Shown here: positions 46,523 through 56,967 of the stretch, one piece after another
Position numbering within the stretch: the stretch's first letter is position 1
Layout of the letters: each line of letters begins with the position of its first letter
Source of the DNA: Defluviitaleaceae bacterium
GTDB lineage: Bacteria > Bacillota > Clostridia > Lachnospirales > WRAX01
Assembly: GCA_009784615.1 (NCBI GenBank)
Contig: WRBJ01000001.1
Span: 72,810 to 136,809, forward strand
Direction of reading: 5' to 3'
Length of the DNA: 64,000 bases
Made by a program: the position numbers and the translations under genes
The notes under the pieces: model-generated
The model's input: only the letters and a program-made list of their open reading frames with translations
What the model was told of the DNA's origin: nothing
Databases searched by the model: none

Positions 46523-49088
46523 GTTGCCGCAAAAACACAACCCTGCTCCAAAATCTATATTAATCCAATCCCGAGAGTGGGCATACAAACGCATCTTTGG
46601 TCAAGCTATAGCACCGACCACTATACAGGACACTATTCCTTATATAGCAATGTATGAAGATGGTGTATGCTACGTATCAGATGGGTACTACACAAAGACA
46701 ATCGCAATTACAGACACTAGCTTTCAGTTACTAGATGAAAAAGGCAAGCAAGGTTTTTTCGACAAATGGTGTGGGTTGTTTAGTTTCCTACGTGAGCCTG
46801 TTACGCTACAGCTTACATATATGAACACGGCTACAGACACAAGGGATATAGAAAATATGCTTAGTCCTCATCAATCGCAAGCACAGGATGACTTTACGCA
46901 TATACGAAAAGAGTTTTACGAGATGTTAAAACAAAAGCTAGTAGCGGCAAAGAAGGGTCTAATGCGCCGCAGATATGCGACAATCGGCGTGTATGTTAAG
47001 AATATAGATGAAGCTCGCAGTAGGCTTTTGGGCGTGGAGAGGGAAACTATTAAGATACTCAACAGCATAGGTGCATTGGCTTTTCCTTTGGATGGTAAAG
47101 AGCGACTTGCATTATTACACAAACAAATGCATCCAAACCCGAAACATAAATTTTCTATGGGACGGTTTGATGATAAAGACGGCAAGAAGAATAGCGATGA
47201 TAGAAATATTATAAGTGCTTTCCCTGCTGATATTACCGCAAAAGTTGCAAATGATTTCTCTTTCGCTCCAACAAAAGACTATATTGTGCCACAAGCAATT
47301 ATTTTTAGCAAAAACCAATTTACATTAAACTATTCCGCCACAGCCAGTACAAAAAATCCAAAAAGAAACGTCCGTCCATCTTTCGCCGCAATGTCGTATC
47401 TTGAAATTGATGCCGAAAGACTGCCCGAAAGTTTCTTGACAAAAATGTTAGATACTGAATACCCCATCGCCATCAACATACACATACGCCCAATAGATAA
47501 AGCTAAAGCAATAAAATACGCTAAAAATAAACTTGCAGATGTTAATGCGGCGAAAGCAAGTAAGCAGAAAAAAGCCTTTAGGGATAAAGTAGACCCTGAT
47601 ATGTTGCCACCTGACATAAAAATGTTTTCCGATGCGGCGCAAAGTTTGGTGCAAGAGCTACAAGGTGATGAAGAATATTTTGATATGCAGTTTCTCGTAA
47701 CACACTTTTCAGATAATCCCCAAGACCTAGAAAGTAGGGTACTAGCTACAAAGGGTTTGGCATCACAGTATAGCTGTAACATTAAAAGGCTTGACTATAT
47801 GCAAGAACAGGGCTTTGCATCCTATCTTGCACTAGGTAAAAATCAAATCCCAAAGCAGATAGTGCGTAAGCTGTACACAACAGCTCTTGCGGCATTGATA
47901 CCTTTTACCACAGGCGAAATATTCCAAAAAGACCCGCAAGCAATATATTATGGCACAAATTCTATATCGGGTGTTGTAATCCTTGCCAATCGTAAGTTGT
48001 TAAAAAATCCAAATAGCGTAGTGCTAGGAATACCAGGTAGCGGCAAATCTTTCTTTGTGAAAAGGGAGTTTATACACGTATTCCTTGTTACCTTAGACAC
48101 AATATTGATACTAGACCCCGAGGGGGAATATTCGCCATTAGTTAAGGCGTTAGGTGGAGTAGTTATAAAAATATCGACCTCATCTAACAACCACATAAAC
48201 CCATTAGATATTGTTTGGGACTATGGCACAACCGAAGAACCGCTTGACCCACTAGGGCTAAAATCGGAGTTTGTGATGTCTATGATGGAAACGATAACAA
48301 CAAGACCTCACGGCTTGTATGATATTGAAAAATCTATAATTGACCGCTGTGTAAGAAAGATTTATGAAAAACATTGCAAAAATGCAATCCCCGAAAATAT
48401 GCCTATACTTTCGGATTTGTACGATGCACTACAAGCAGACTTCGACCCCAACGACCCAATTAATCCAACCATTAAAAAAATGGCTAGTAATCTTGCGCAA
48501 GCATTAGATATGTACGTCAATGGCTCGTATACGATGTTTAATCACCGCACTAACATTGATACAACCAACCGCATTATATGCTTTGATACAAAGTCATTAG
48601 GTGGTGGTATGCGACCTCTTGCAATGCTTATCATACAAGACCAAATATGGGGCAGGATTTCATACAATCGCTCTATTGGTAGAGGTACGTGGACTTATAT
48701 AGATGAATTTCATCTACTACTACAACATCAGCAAACAGCAGAGTATTCTGTAGAGATGTACAAGCGTTTCCGTAAGTGGAGCGGAATACCCACGGTCATT
48801 ACACAAAACGTAAAAGACTTTTTGCGTTCTTCACAAGCAAAAAACATAATTGATAACTGTGAGTTTGTAGCACTGTTAGACCAGTCCCCCGATGATGGTT
48901 TGATACTTATGGAGCGTCTTAAACTATCAGAAAAACAGCTTGCACACGTAACTAATGCAAATGTAGGTGATGCCCTTATCAAGTATGGCAATACCATTAT
49001 AACGGCAACAGATAGGTTTCCGACCGACACGCAGTTGTATAAGTTGATGACCACCAAACCTAGTGATTTGCACGAAGGCGTAAGATAA
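46485..49088 (+). CDS. virB4: VirB4-like conjugal transfer ATPase
   Basis: TIQDTIPYIAMYEDGVCY N-terminal motif, Walker A GIPGSGKS, Walker B YIDEFH. Confidence 0.85.
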   Translation: MVQASQKQQAAHRLPQKHNPAPKSILIQSREWAYKRIFGQAIAPTTIQDTIPYIAMYEDGVCYVSDGYYTKTIAITDTSFQLLDEKGKQGFFDKWCGLFSFLREPVTLQLTYMNTATDTRDIENMLSPHQSQAQDDFTHIRKEFYEMLKQKLVAAKKGLMRRRYATIGVYVKNIDEARSRLLGVERETIKILNSIGALAFPLDGKERLALLHKQMHPNPKHKFSMGRFDDKDGKKNSDDRNIISAFPADITAKVANDFSFAPTKDYIVPQAIIFSKNQFTLNYSATASTKNPKRNVRPSFAAMSYLEIDAERLPESFLTKMLDTEYPIAINIHIRPIDKAKAIKYAKNKLADVNAAKASKQKKAFRDKVDPDMLPPDIKMFSDAAQSLVQELQGDEEYFDMQFLVTHFSDNPQDLESRVLATKGLASQYSCNIKRLDYMQEQGFASYLALGKNQIPKQIVRKLYTTALAALIPFTTGEIFQKDPQAIYYGTNSISGVVILANRKLLKNPNSVVLGIPGSGKSFFVKREFIHVFLVTLDTILILDPEGEYSPLVKALGGVVIKISTSSNNHINPLDIVWDYGTTEEPLDPLGLKSEFVMSMMETITTRPHGLYDIEKSIIDRCVRKIYEKHCKNAIPENMPILSDLYDALQADFDPNDPINPTIKKMASNLAQALDMYVNGSYTMFNHRTNIDTTNRIICFDTKSLGGGMRPLAMLIIQDQIWGRISYNRSIGRGTWTYIDEFHLLLQHQQTAEYSVEMYKRFRKWSGIPTVITQNVKDFLRSSQAKNIIDNCEFVALLDQSPDDGLILMERLKLSEKQLAHVTNANVGDALIKYGNTIITATDRFPTDTQLYKLMTTKPSDLHEGVR

Positions 49089-49122
49089 TTATTCATTATA
49101 GATGTGAGAAGGGAGCGTACCG

Positions 49123-49398
49123 ATGACAGCATATCAACGCCTATCATCCAACGACAAGCACATAAAAGACGCACAAGCAAAAATCGAGCGTCTTGAAAAA
49201 CAGCTTGCCAATGAAAAACAACATTTAACAGACCTTTATGCAAAGCGTGAAACAATTGAAAGCGGCATTATACAAGGCACAATGCGCAAGTATTCTGTTT
49301 CTGTTAGTGATGTTGAGAAACTACTGCATAATACTTTTGAGCAAAACAGTACAAAAACAAGCGACAATCCAAAGGAGGATTTGAAAAATGAAGAATAA
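49123..49398 (+). CDS. Coiled-coil small protein (DUF4315-like)
   Basis: KIERLEKQLANEKQHLTDLYAKRETIE. In the conserved position after VirB4. Confidence 0.5.
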   Translation: MTAYQRLSSNDKHIKDAQAKIERLEKQLANEKQHLTDLYAKRETIESGIIQGTMRKYSVSVSDVEKLLHNTFEQNSTKTSDNPKEDLKNEE

Positions 49399-50515
49399 GC
49401 GAAATAATCTGTTATCTAAGGCTTTTATACAAAAATTTCTTGTGGTTGCACTAATGACTTTCATCTTCACGCAGTCAATGGCAATGAATGTTTATGCAAA
49501 TGGTCAATTGCCGACAAACGGCAATCATCCTCCCATAACCAACACACAACCCCAACCTCAAAACGGCACAAATCAAAACATTACACCTCAAAACGGACGC
49601 AACATAATATCAATCACGCCTTTAGCCGAGTTTGCACAACTTGACAATGAGCTTGATGACTTCGATGGGTTTGAAGACATTTACGAGCCATTCCCCGACT
49701 TTGATTATCAATCGCCTGTCGATGCGCCGCCTGATTGGTTGATAGAGCTATTCAACCTTGACTGGTGGGACGAGGGAGATTTTAGTGAACCACCGCCAAT
49801 ATTGCGGGAACTACTAGAAACAAATGGTCAAGTAATATTGCCGCCCCCAACAGCATTAACACCAGCTGGCGGCGGTGAGTTAGTAGATAATATTCAAGTA
49901 GGGGATATGGAGTTTATAACTATTAACAGCCAAGCAGGCAATGTATTCTTTCTCATTATAGACCGAACACGAGAAGAAGACAATGTTTATTTCTTAGCAC
50001 CCGTTACAGAACATTATCTTTTTTCATTGGCTAATCAAGCGGGTGAAGATGCGAGCATACAACAGGGAGCGTTGCCAGGTATGATACAAAGTGGTTTTGG
50101 CATAGAGCCACAAACCACTGCACCCACAGAAGATTTATCGCAATCACAAAGACGCGCAGGGATTAGTCCATTGGTATTATTAGCTATTTTGGGCATAGCA
50201 GGTGCGGTTGGTTTTGTAATATTTAGATTGCGTGCCAAAAAGAGAAATCAAGGACTAGACTACTATATAGACGATACAGCGGAATACATAGACGACCCAT
50301 ACCCACAAGATGAGTTTGAGCCTAGTCCCCCCACAGTTTCACCGAAAGAAAGCATTTCAAAGTTACAACCATTAGAAAGTGCAGATGGTGCTTTTGAAGG
50401 TGATGAAGAGGTGACCCTATACGATGTTATCGTTGAAGGTGATATTGTTGAAGAAGATGTCCTTGAAGTTGACGAAGCCTTTGAATCAGATAGTGAAGGG
50501 CGAGGTGGTGCTTGA
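49388..50515 (+). CDS. Surface protein with signal peptide and C-terminal TM anchor (DUF4366/CD1107-like)
   Basis: Signal peptide ...FTQSMAMNVYA. Core LVDNIQVGDMEFITINSQAGNVFFLIIDR. TM LVLLAILGIAGAVGFVIF followed by an acidic tail. Confidence 0.6.
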   Translation: MKNKRNNLLSKAFIQKFLVVALMTFIFTQSMAMNVYANGQLPTNGNHPPITNTQPQPQNGTNQNITPQNGRNIISITPLAEFAQLDNELDDFDGFEDIYEPFPDFDYQSPVDAPPDWLIELFNLDWWDEGDFSEPPPILRELLETNGQVILPPPTALTPAGGGELVDNIQVGDMEFITINSQAGNVFFLIIDRTREEDNVYFLAPVTEHYLFSLANQAGEDASIQQGALPGMIQSGFGIEPQTTAPTEDLSQSQRRAGISPLVLLAILGIAGAVGFVIFRLRAKKRNQGLDYYIDDTAEYIDDPYPQDEFEPSPPTVSPKESISKLQPLESADGAFEGDEEVTLYDVIVEGDIVEEDVLEVDEAFESDSEGRGGA

Positions 50516-50907
50516 TGAGCGAAGCAAAAGAGAAACTTGACCGCTCCTACAGTATTGACTTATATATTTCAAAAGAAGAACTTTCCGCCCTTGAACAACG
50601 AATGCAACAGGCAGGGATAAAAAACCGCTCTTACTTTATGCGAGAAATACTTAACAAAGGCTACATATTACAAACTGACACATCTACACTCAACAAAGTT
50701 ATGTTTCTATTATCTAATATAGCCAACAATATGAACCAAATCGCACGTTATGTCAACGTACATCAGCCAATATACACCAATGATATTGAGCAGATACGAC
50801 AAGGTTATATGGAGATAGCAAAAGAGATTAGCGCAATATCGGATGTTATCATTAGTCCAAAAATATCTGCTTGTGAGATATGCGGTCATAATTCACTTCT
50901 CACATAG
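50512..50907 (+). CDS. mobC: MobC-family relaxosome accessory protein
   Basis: RSYFMREIL ... LSNIANNMNQIARYVN (MobC N.NQIAR signature). Confidence 0.7.
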   Translation: MMSEAKEKLDRSYSIDLYISKEELSALEQRMQQAGIKNRSYFMREILNKGYILQTDTSTLNKVMFLLSNIANNMNQIARYVNVHQPIYTNDIEQIRQGYMEIAKEISAISDVIISPKISACEICGHNSLLT

Positions 50908-50950
50908 TAAGGCATAAAAAACATTATTTATTATCATTGGGAGGTTCGTT

Positions 50951-53944
50951 ATGTTTAAGAACAGTTATACAAGCTGGGGTTCACCCGATGACTGGGAAGC
51001 ATACGACCTCCCTTTTGATGCCAAAGTTAATAAAATCGATAATGCACCCAAAATTATATATGCACCATATTCATCTGATGACAATGATAATTGGATGGAT
51101 TGGCTCGCTTATGCGATAAAAGTGTATGGTACAAAATCTTCTGGCAAAGTTGAACTACCACAAATAACAATAATCAAAACCTTAGCAATTGACGAGGAAT
51201 CAACAAGACCCCCTGCTACAACATTTCTTAACAAAAAATATTCATATGTAAGTTTCGGCAATCCCGAAGATTGGGAAGCGGATGACCGCCTACTTGATGA
51301 AGATAAATACATAGATATGTGGGCAAACCGACTTGCTTCTTCCCAAAAAGAATTCGCAACAGTGTCGTCCGACAGAATCGAATTGCCCGCAGTAACAATA
51401 AATATATCAATGGTAGCCAAAGAAGAAAATGCGTACGACAATTGGGCAGAATGGCTTACTCCAACTCTAAAAGAGTTTGCGGAAACGCCCTCTTGCAGAA
51501 TTGAATTGCCATCGTCAATATCCACCACGAGTCCAATGACTGATGAGAAATATTCATATGTAAGTTTCGGCAATCCCGAAGATTGGGAAGTTGACGACCG
51601 TGCAATTGATGTTTGGGATTACGCCTTTTGGGATATTGACACGTTAGTCAATGATAAAACCCACAACACAGCACCTAATGACGCAAACGGTGATTGGGAT
51701 AACTGGTACACGAGCGAAATAGAACATCAAATCTTAATAGAAGACGAAATATTCGCCCAAGCCCTAGCAAGTAATGATTGGGCTGAATACGATAACCTAA
51801 TCAACCCCACAACAAAAATATACGACTTTACATTCGGTCATAGTATTGCAATGTTAGAAAAGGATTTTGCTAACGCTCCTGACCTTCCCGACCTGTCCGA
51901 TGATTGGGAAGAAATCTACGCCTATGACATACGCCGCCACTATGAAATAGAGCAATCACAATTACTTTTTGAAAGAAACTTGACATTATATAATATACAC
52001 CAAGATTACATTAATCATCTTTTTGAACATCCGCCTTATGACGATAGTTTTACTGACGGTCTTGCGGATGGTCTTGATGGCGATTTTGACAGCAGTTTTG
52101 GTTTAGGCGGCGACTTTTCCTGTTTTGGGAATTTTGCTAATCAAGCATTAAGCATATTATCACAAAAAAGCATTGTAGACACAGGCAACGAAGAAGAAGA
52201 TTTTATCCGTAGTGAAATACGGATGACGAAAAAAGGGTATCGCCTTGGTAAAACTGCCTTTCAAAATGTGCGTGACAAGATACGTTCAATTGGTGCAGAA
52301 AAATCTGCAACAGCGGGTAAACTCGGCGGTAAGTTGAGTTCATCAAATAACATACGTAAGAGCAATGCACCAGCCATAAATGGAAAGCTAGTTGCGGCAA
52401 GCCGTACACGTTCGGGTAATGTTTTAGGTACGGGGACAGGAATAGGCGGCAAACTTGCACTTGCTGGCGGCAAAGGTGGCGTATTAGCAAACAAATCTAA
52501 ACTTGCAGGGATGCACAAAACGTTACATAAAAGTATGCAATGGCAAAAAATGTTTAGTCCTTCATATTGGCTTACCTTTAATCCCAAAACTTGGGCAAAG
52601 CGTATTCCTTTGCTTATATCAAAAGGCATTATAAAGCTGGGCATTAAAGCCGCATCAAATCCTTATGTGCTTGCAACAATGGGCATAATGGCTTTGATAA
52701 TGGCGGTTGTGGTTGTTGTATCTATTGCGATTTTTATCTTTATTGCCGCCATAGGACAACTAACCGTTTCTTTAGGTTTGAGCTATCTCGCAGAAGAACC
52801 TCATTTAAACAACACAACAATCGCCTACACCCAAACCGAAGTCAATATCATAGCAGACCTAATGAGCTTCAACGCAGACGGCTACAACGAAGCAGCATCA
52901 TTTATAACAGGTGGCGAACAAATACGAATTACCGCAGGATGGGTAACGGGTGGACTTAATGACGCAGGTCATCCACAAACCATTGGTGAAATGAACCCAA
53001 ATGCTACCAGGTTATTACTTGCACCACTAATAGGCTCAGTAGGACACGACCCTCATATGCTCTTATCGGGCTTCACTGCTTTATATCTTGAAGATATAAT
53101 TTATCCCGCAATAACAACTGAAATAAATAACCTTATCTCACTGCAATATGAGATATGGTATGAAGAAATAATTGAAACACGTAACCGTATTGTATCAGTT
53201 ACATTCGGCGAATGGGAAGACCACGGTTGGTATGAAGATTATGGATGGTGGGATGATACCGACCCCGAGGCTCCTGAATGGGTAAATAATTGGGAATGGT
53301 ACGAAGATTGGGTATGGGTTGAATGGATTGAAGATGTGCTTGTTGTGTATGATTGGATTATATTGCATATTCATCTTGAAGTGAATGCTATGGAGATGAT
53401 TTTTAGGGAGATGATGAACGAAGACCAAGAGGGACATTTTGATGCTTTGCTGTACCAAGGACACGGTTCAAGGCAGTTTGTGGAATCGCCATTTGACTTT
53501 AGATGGAGTTACAATGTTTCCAGTATTTTCGGTTGGCGTATACATCCAATATCAGGCGATGTAACTATGCACAATGGTATTGATATTGCAGTACCCACAG
53601 GCACAGAAGTTTTAGCAACACACGATGGAATTATTACCCGTTCAGAATATGAAACAAATGGTTATGGTCATTGGATAGAAATATCGCATACCCTAGACAG
53701 TGGATTTTGGTTTGTGCCAAATACCATCTTACGTACAAGGTATGCTCATCTTGACGAAAGACACGTTTCTGTCGGCGATGAGGTGTTGTTGGGCGACATT
53801 ATCGGATTGGTAGGCAACACAGGTGCATCAACTGGGGCGCATTTGCATTTTGAAGTTATAACGCAAACATTTCTATCAACGACACGGTGGAATCCGCTTA
53901 TATTTTCTTGGATTGGGAATGAGGTGGAGGTGGATGTTGAATAA
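50951..53944 (+). CDS. Large conjugation-associated cell-wall hydrolase: N-terminal tandem repeats, TM region, Trp/acidic-rich segment, C-terminal M23 peptidase
   Basis: RBS GGGAGG. M23 motifs HNGIDIAVPTGTEV and GNTGASTGAHLHFEV. TM ATMGIMALIMAVVVVVSIAIFIFIAAIG. Internal repeats KYSYVSFGNPEDWE.DDR. Confidence 0.8.
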   Translation: MFKNSYTSWGSPDDWEAYDLPFDAKVNKIDNAPKIIYAPYSSDDNDNWMDWLAYAIKVYGTKSSGKVELPQITIIKTLAIDEESTRPPATTFLNKKYSYVSFGNPEDWEADDRLLDEDKYIDMWANRLASSQKEFATVSSDRIELPAVTINISMVAKEENAYDNWAEWLTPTLKEFAETPSCRIELPSSISTTSPMTDEKYSYVSFGNPEDWEVDDRAIDVWDYAFWDIDTLVNDKTHNTAPNDANGDWDNWYTSEIEHQILIEDEIFAQALASNDWAEYDNLINPTTKIYDFTFGHSIAMLEKDFANAPDLPDLSDDWEEIYAYDIRRHYEIEQSQLLFERNLTLYNIHQDYINHLFEHPPYDDSFTDGLADGLDGDFDSSFGLGGDFSCFGNFANQALSILSQKSIVDTGNEEEDFIRSEIRMTKKGYRLGKTAFQNVRDKIRSIGAEKSATAGKLGGKLSSSNNIRKSNAPAINGKLVAASRTRSGNVLGTGTGIGGKLALAGGKGGVLANKSKLAGMHKTLHKSMQWQKMFSPSYWLTFNPKTWAKRIPLLISKGIIKLGIKAASNPYVLATMGIMALIMAVVVVVSIAIFIFIAAIGQLTVSLGLSYLAEEPHLNNTTIAYTQTEVNIIADLMSFNADGYNEAASFITGGEQIRITAGWVTGGLNDAGHPQTIGEMNPNATRLLLAPLIGSVGHDPHMLLSGFTALYLEDIIYPAITTEINNLISLQYEIWYEEIIETRNRIVSVTFGEWEDHGWYEDYGWWDDTDPEAPEWVNNWEWYEDWVWVEWIEDVLVVYDWIILHIHLEVNAMEMIFREMMNEDQEGHFDALLYQGHGSRQFVESPFDFRWSYNVSSIFGWRIHPISGDVTMHNGIDIAVPTGTEVLATHDGIITRSEYETNGYGHWIEISHTLDSGFWFVPNTILRTRYAHLDERHVSVGDEVLLGDIIGLVGNTGASTGAHLHFEVITQTFLSTTRWNPLIFSWIGNEVEVDVE
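51236..51278 (+). repeat. 43-bp exact direct repeat, copy 1 (inside the M23 hydrolase gene)
   Basis: AAATATTCATATGTAAGTTTCGGCAATCCCGAAGATTGGGAAG is identical to 51548-51590. Confidence 0.9.
51548..51590 (+). repeat. 43-bp exact direct repeat, copy 2
   Basis: Identical to 51236-51278. The spacing of 312 bp keeps the reading frame. Confidence 0.9.
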
Positions 53945-55377
53945 TGGCAACCACATACATAAAAGGCATAAAAGCATCATCTGGCAAATCTGCCGCCAAA
54001 ACTTTCAGTGATTGTATAAACTACGGCACAAACCCCGAAAAGACAGACGGCGGCAGATTGGTTTTGGCGTATCATTGCACACCAGACCTAGCGCCTATGC
54101 AATTTATACAAAACAAAAGCATATATCACGCTAACGGCGGTCGCATAATGCGAAAAGATAAAGATGTATTGTTATATCATATGCGGCAATCATTTAAGCC
54201 AAATGAAATAACTCCCGAAGAAGCTAACCGCATTGGCTATGAATTAGCAATGCGGTTTACTAAGGGCAAGCACGCTTTTGTAGTTAGTACACACATAGAC
54301 CAAGAACACATACATAACCACATACATTTTTCTGCTGTAGATATAAATGCAGAAAGAAAATTTCACGACTTTTCATTTTCGGCAATGGCTTTACGCAGAG
54401 TGAGCGACTTCCTTTGTTTGGAAAATGGATTATCAATTATACGCAATCCAAAACAACGCTCGGAAAGTTTCGAGCATACAAAAGAAATAAGGCAAGAGAA
54501 GGAAGAATCACGCATTACCAATCGTGATATATTACGTACTCATATCACCTCAGTAATGAAAACCGAACCAAAAACATTTGAAGAATTTCGCAACGCTCTG
54601 GTTAAAGATTTCGGTTGGCAATATAACGAGCGTGGCAAAAATATTTCTTTTACAAACGAAGAATTAAAAGTCAAACAGCCTATTAGGTTGAGAACGGATT
54701 CTTTGGGTGAAGGCTTCGACCAAGCCGACATTCGAGCAAAAATCGCTACGCAGGATTTTCCAAAAACTACTGCACCGCAAAATCTGCTTGAACAGTTGGA
54801 AGCTATAGTACATAACCAATTGCAGGATGGTTATAAAAATCGTGATGCAATGAGTGCATTGTCCTATCTCAACGATAAAAATATATCTAGCTTTGAAAAT
54901 TTAGATAAAAGAATTAATTTTGTTTTGCAAAGACAAACTTCGACTGGCAATGCATTACGAGATACTGACAACCGTATTTCACAGATTGACGCTTTATCTT
55001 ACGAGATAAAAAATTACAATAACGGCTCGAAACTTTACGCTCAATACAACGAACTCGCAAAGAAAAATCCGCAAGCCGCTAAAGAATTTTACGAAGCAAA
55101 TCGTGCGACACTAATGCTCCATCAAGCCGCAAGAAACTATTTTGAAGCTAATGGTTATGGTAAGTCAAAAGGTAGGCAAGTGCCACACCCTGACACATTA
55201 AAATCTGAAAGGGCATCGTTACAAAAAGATAGAAATAAGTTTGCAACTTCATACAAAAATCTTGGAAATCAATATAAGGAATTACAAAAAGCTCGTGATG
55301 TTTCGCGCTCACTTTTGCAAGACCGAGGTCGAGATTTGCCACAGCGAAATATAGAAATTGACATCAGCGGACGTTAA
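53944..55377 (+). CDS. Relaxase / mobilisation nuclease (MobA/VirD2-type relaxase domain)
   Basis: STHIDQEHIHNHIHFSAV histidine triad, N-terminal Tyr-containing region, coiled-coil C-terminus. Confidence 0.85.
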   Translation: MATTYIKGIKASSGKSAAKTFSDCINYGTNPEKTDGGRLVLAYHCTPDLAPMQFIQNKSIYHANGGRIMRKDKDVLLYHMRQSFKPNEITPEEANRIGYELAMRFTKGKHAFVVSTHIDQEHIHNHIHFSAVDINAERKFHDFSFSAMALRRVSDFLCLENGLSIIRNPKQRSESFEHTKEIRQEKEESRITNRDILRTHITSVMKTEPKTFEEFRNALVKDFGWQYNERGKNISFTNEELKVKQPIRLRTDSLGEGFDQADIRAKIATQDFPKTTAPQNLLEQLEAIVHNQLQDGYKNRDAMSALSYLNDKNISSFENLDKRINFVLQRQTSTGNALRDTDNRISQIDALSYEIKNYNNGSKLYAQYNELAKKNPQAAKEFYEANRATLMLHQAARNYFEANGYGKSKGRQVPHPDTLKSERASLQKDRNKFATSYKNLGNQYKELQKARDVSRSLLQDRGRDLPQRNIEIDISGR

Positions 55378-55774
55378 AATTTCTTACGCCTTTTCATTCA
55401 CGAGGTAGAAAGTTTTTGAGGTGGTTTTGATTTGCGATACAGAATTTCTAACTCATTATTGATTTTGCACCTAAATGTTTTTATGGGTTGTTTTGGTCTT
55501 GTCTTTGGTTTTTAAAAGACCCGTGCATTGTCGGGGCTTTCGGTTTTAGCCCGTAGGGCTTGGGGGTCTAGGGGGCAAAAAGCCCCCTCGTCCTGCTGAA
55601 GGCACGAGCGGTATCATACACGGACACGTGTGTGATACACTGCTCGCCAAACTTCAATGCAACGAATTAATCACCTTTTTACCTTGTGTCGCTACGCTCC
55701 GTTTTTCGATACATCAAACCGTCATTTCTTGCTTATGGGTCAAAATTTCAAGACATAACCTTGGGCGGCAACAC

Positions 55775-55835
55775 AAAAATTTAGTATTTACATTTAATAA
55801 TTTTAGTATCACATTGCAAAATTTTAATATCAAAA
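55775..55835 (+). repeat. Three iteron-like direct repeats phased at 21-22 bp upstream of the Rep-like gene
   Basis: TTTAGTAT at 55780 and 55802, TTTAATAT at 55823, each preceded by an A-rich tract (AAAAATTTAGTAT / TAATTTTAGTAT / AAAATTTTAATAT). Confidence 0.5.
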
Positions 55836-55866
55836 TTTAAGCCTTACGAGGTGAAACCAAACCCCT

Positions 55867-56967
55867 ATGAAACTAACTTGGCACATCCTAAACAACCTAA
55901 TACAAAACGCCACAAGCAAAGACATAAGTCTAGCAATTCATCTAGCACAGTTTGCAGATGATGATGGGCTTGTTTGTGGTGTGCAATATGAAAAGGTTTG
56001 CCGTGCTGTTGGGTTTTCGGTTTCTAGCTTCTATAAGTCATTAAACCATCTTGAAAGTATTGGGGTTATTAAAGTAGATTGGCTTGGTGAAAATTATGGT
56101 GGATGGGGTTATTGGTCTATGCGTTTTGTTGATAATGATTTTACAGTAGTAGATAGTGTAGATAATAACCTAGAGAGCAAAAATAAAGATATACTCACAA
56201 ACAATGATAGAAAAATACCCTCAAGCAAAGATAAAAATATATCTGCAAAAATATCTGCACCATATCTCAACTGCAACCTAAAAATATTACATACAAAAAA
56301 ATTTCATAAGGCATCAAAAAGCGAAAAGGTTATCTTGCTTAACCTCATTCGTAGATTGGGTTATTTCTTTGGCAAGGGTAGCGATTACAAGGGCAAGAAA
56401 ACAATACCCTTGCGTCTTGAAACTCTTATGCAATGGACAGGTAAAACAAGACGCTCTGTTATGCGTATATTAGAACGATTACAAGATAATTTCAACGACT
56501 TTGTAAACTTCGCTCTTGATGGTAATAATGTTTTTGTTATGCGTCAGATGACCGTCAACGTAGGTGAAAACAGTAATAGTAGTATAAGTAATAGAAACAT
56601 TGGTATCAATCACAACATCAATCACAGCAACAACGTCAATAATAATATAGGCAACACACACGACACAATAAATAACACCTTCAACCTACACGAACGCCGC
56701 CCCATAAAAGAGCAAGATGTAAAAATCTTTCACGCAATAGGTTTTGTTTTGGACAAGCTAAAAGTTACAACAGAACTTGATGGCGACCATCAACAAGAAA
56801 CACTAACTAACATCTGCAACACAATCAAACTATACAAGGTCAAAGGTTTTAATGCGATTGTAAATTACATAGCAACAACCCTAAAAGACAGCGGTTATTT
56901 GTCTGTGAAATACTTTCATTCGTTGTTGCGGCATAAAGAAGCAAGCAACAAAATAATTTTTGTATAA
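55867..56967 (+). CDS. Winged-helix protein, candidate replication initiator of the element
   Basis: VQYEKVCRAVGFSVSSFYKSLNHLESIGVIKV (wHTH-like). A second helical region and an Asn-rich low-complexity tract follow. The function is inferred from context only. Confidence 0.4.
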   Translation: MKLTWHILNNLIQNATSKDISLAIHLAQFADDDGLVCGVQYEKVCRAVGFSVSSFYKSLNHLESIGVIKVDWLGENYGGWGYWSMRFVDNDFTVVDSVDNNLESKNKDILTNNDRKIPSSKDKNISAKISAPYLNCNLKILHTKKFHKASKSEKVILLNLIRRLGYFFGKGSDYKGKKTIPLRLETLMQWTGKTRRSVMRILERLQDNFNDFVNFALDGNNVFVMRQMTVNVGENSNSSISNRNIGINHNINHSNNVNNNIGNTHDTINNTFNLHERRPIKEQDVKIFHAIGFVLDKLKVTTELDGDHQQETLTNICNTIKLYKVKGFNAIVNYIATTLKDSGYLSVKYFHSLLRHKEASNKIIFV

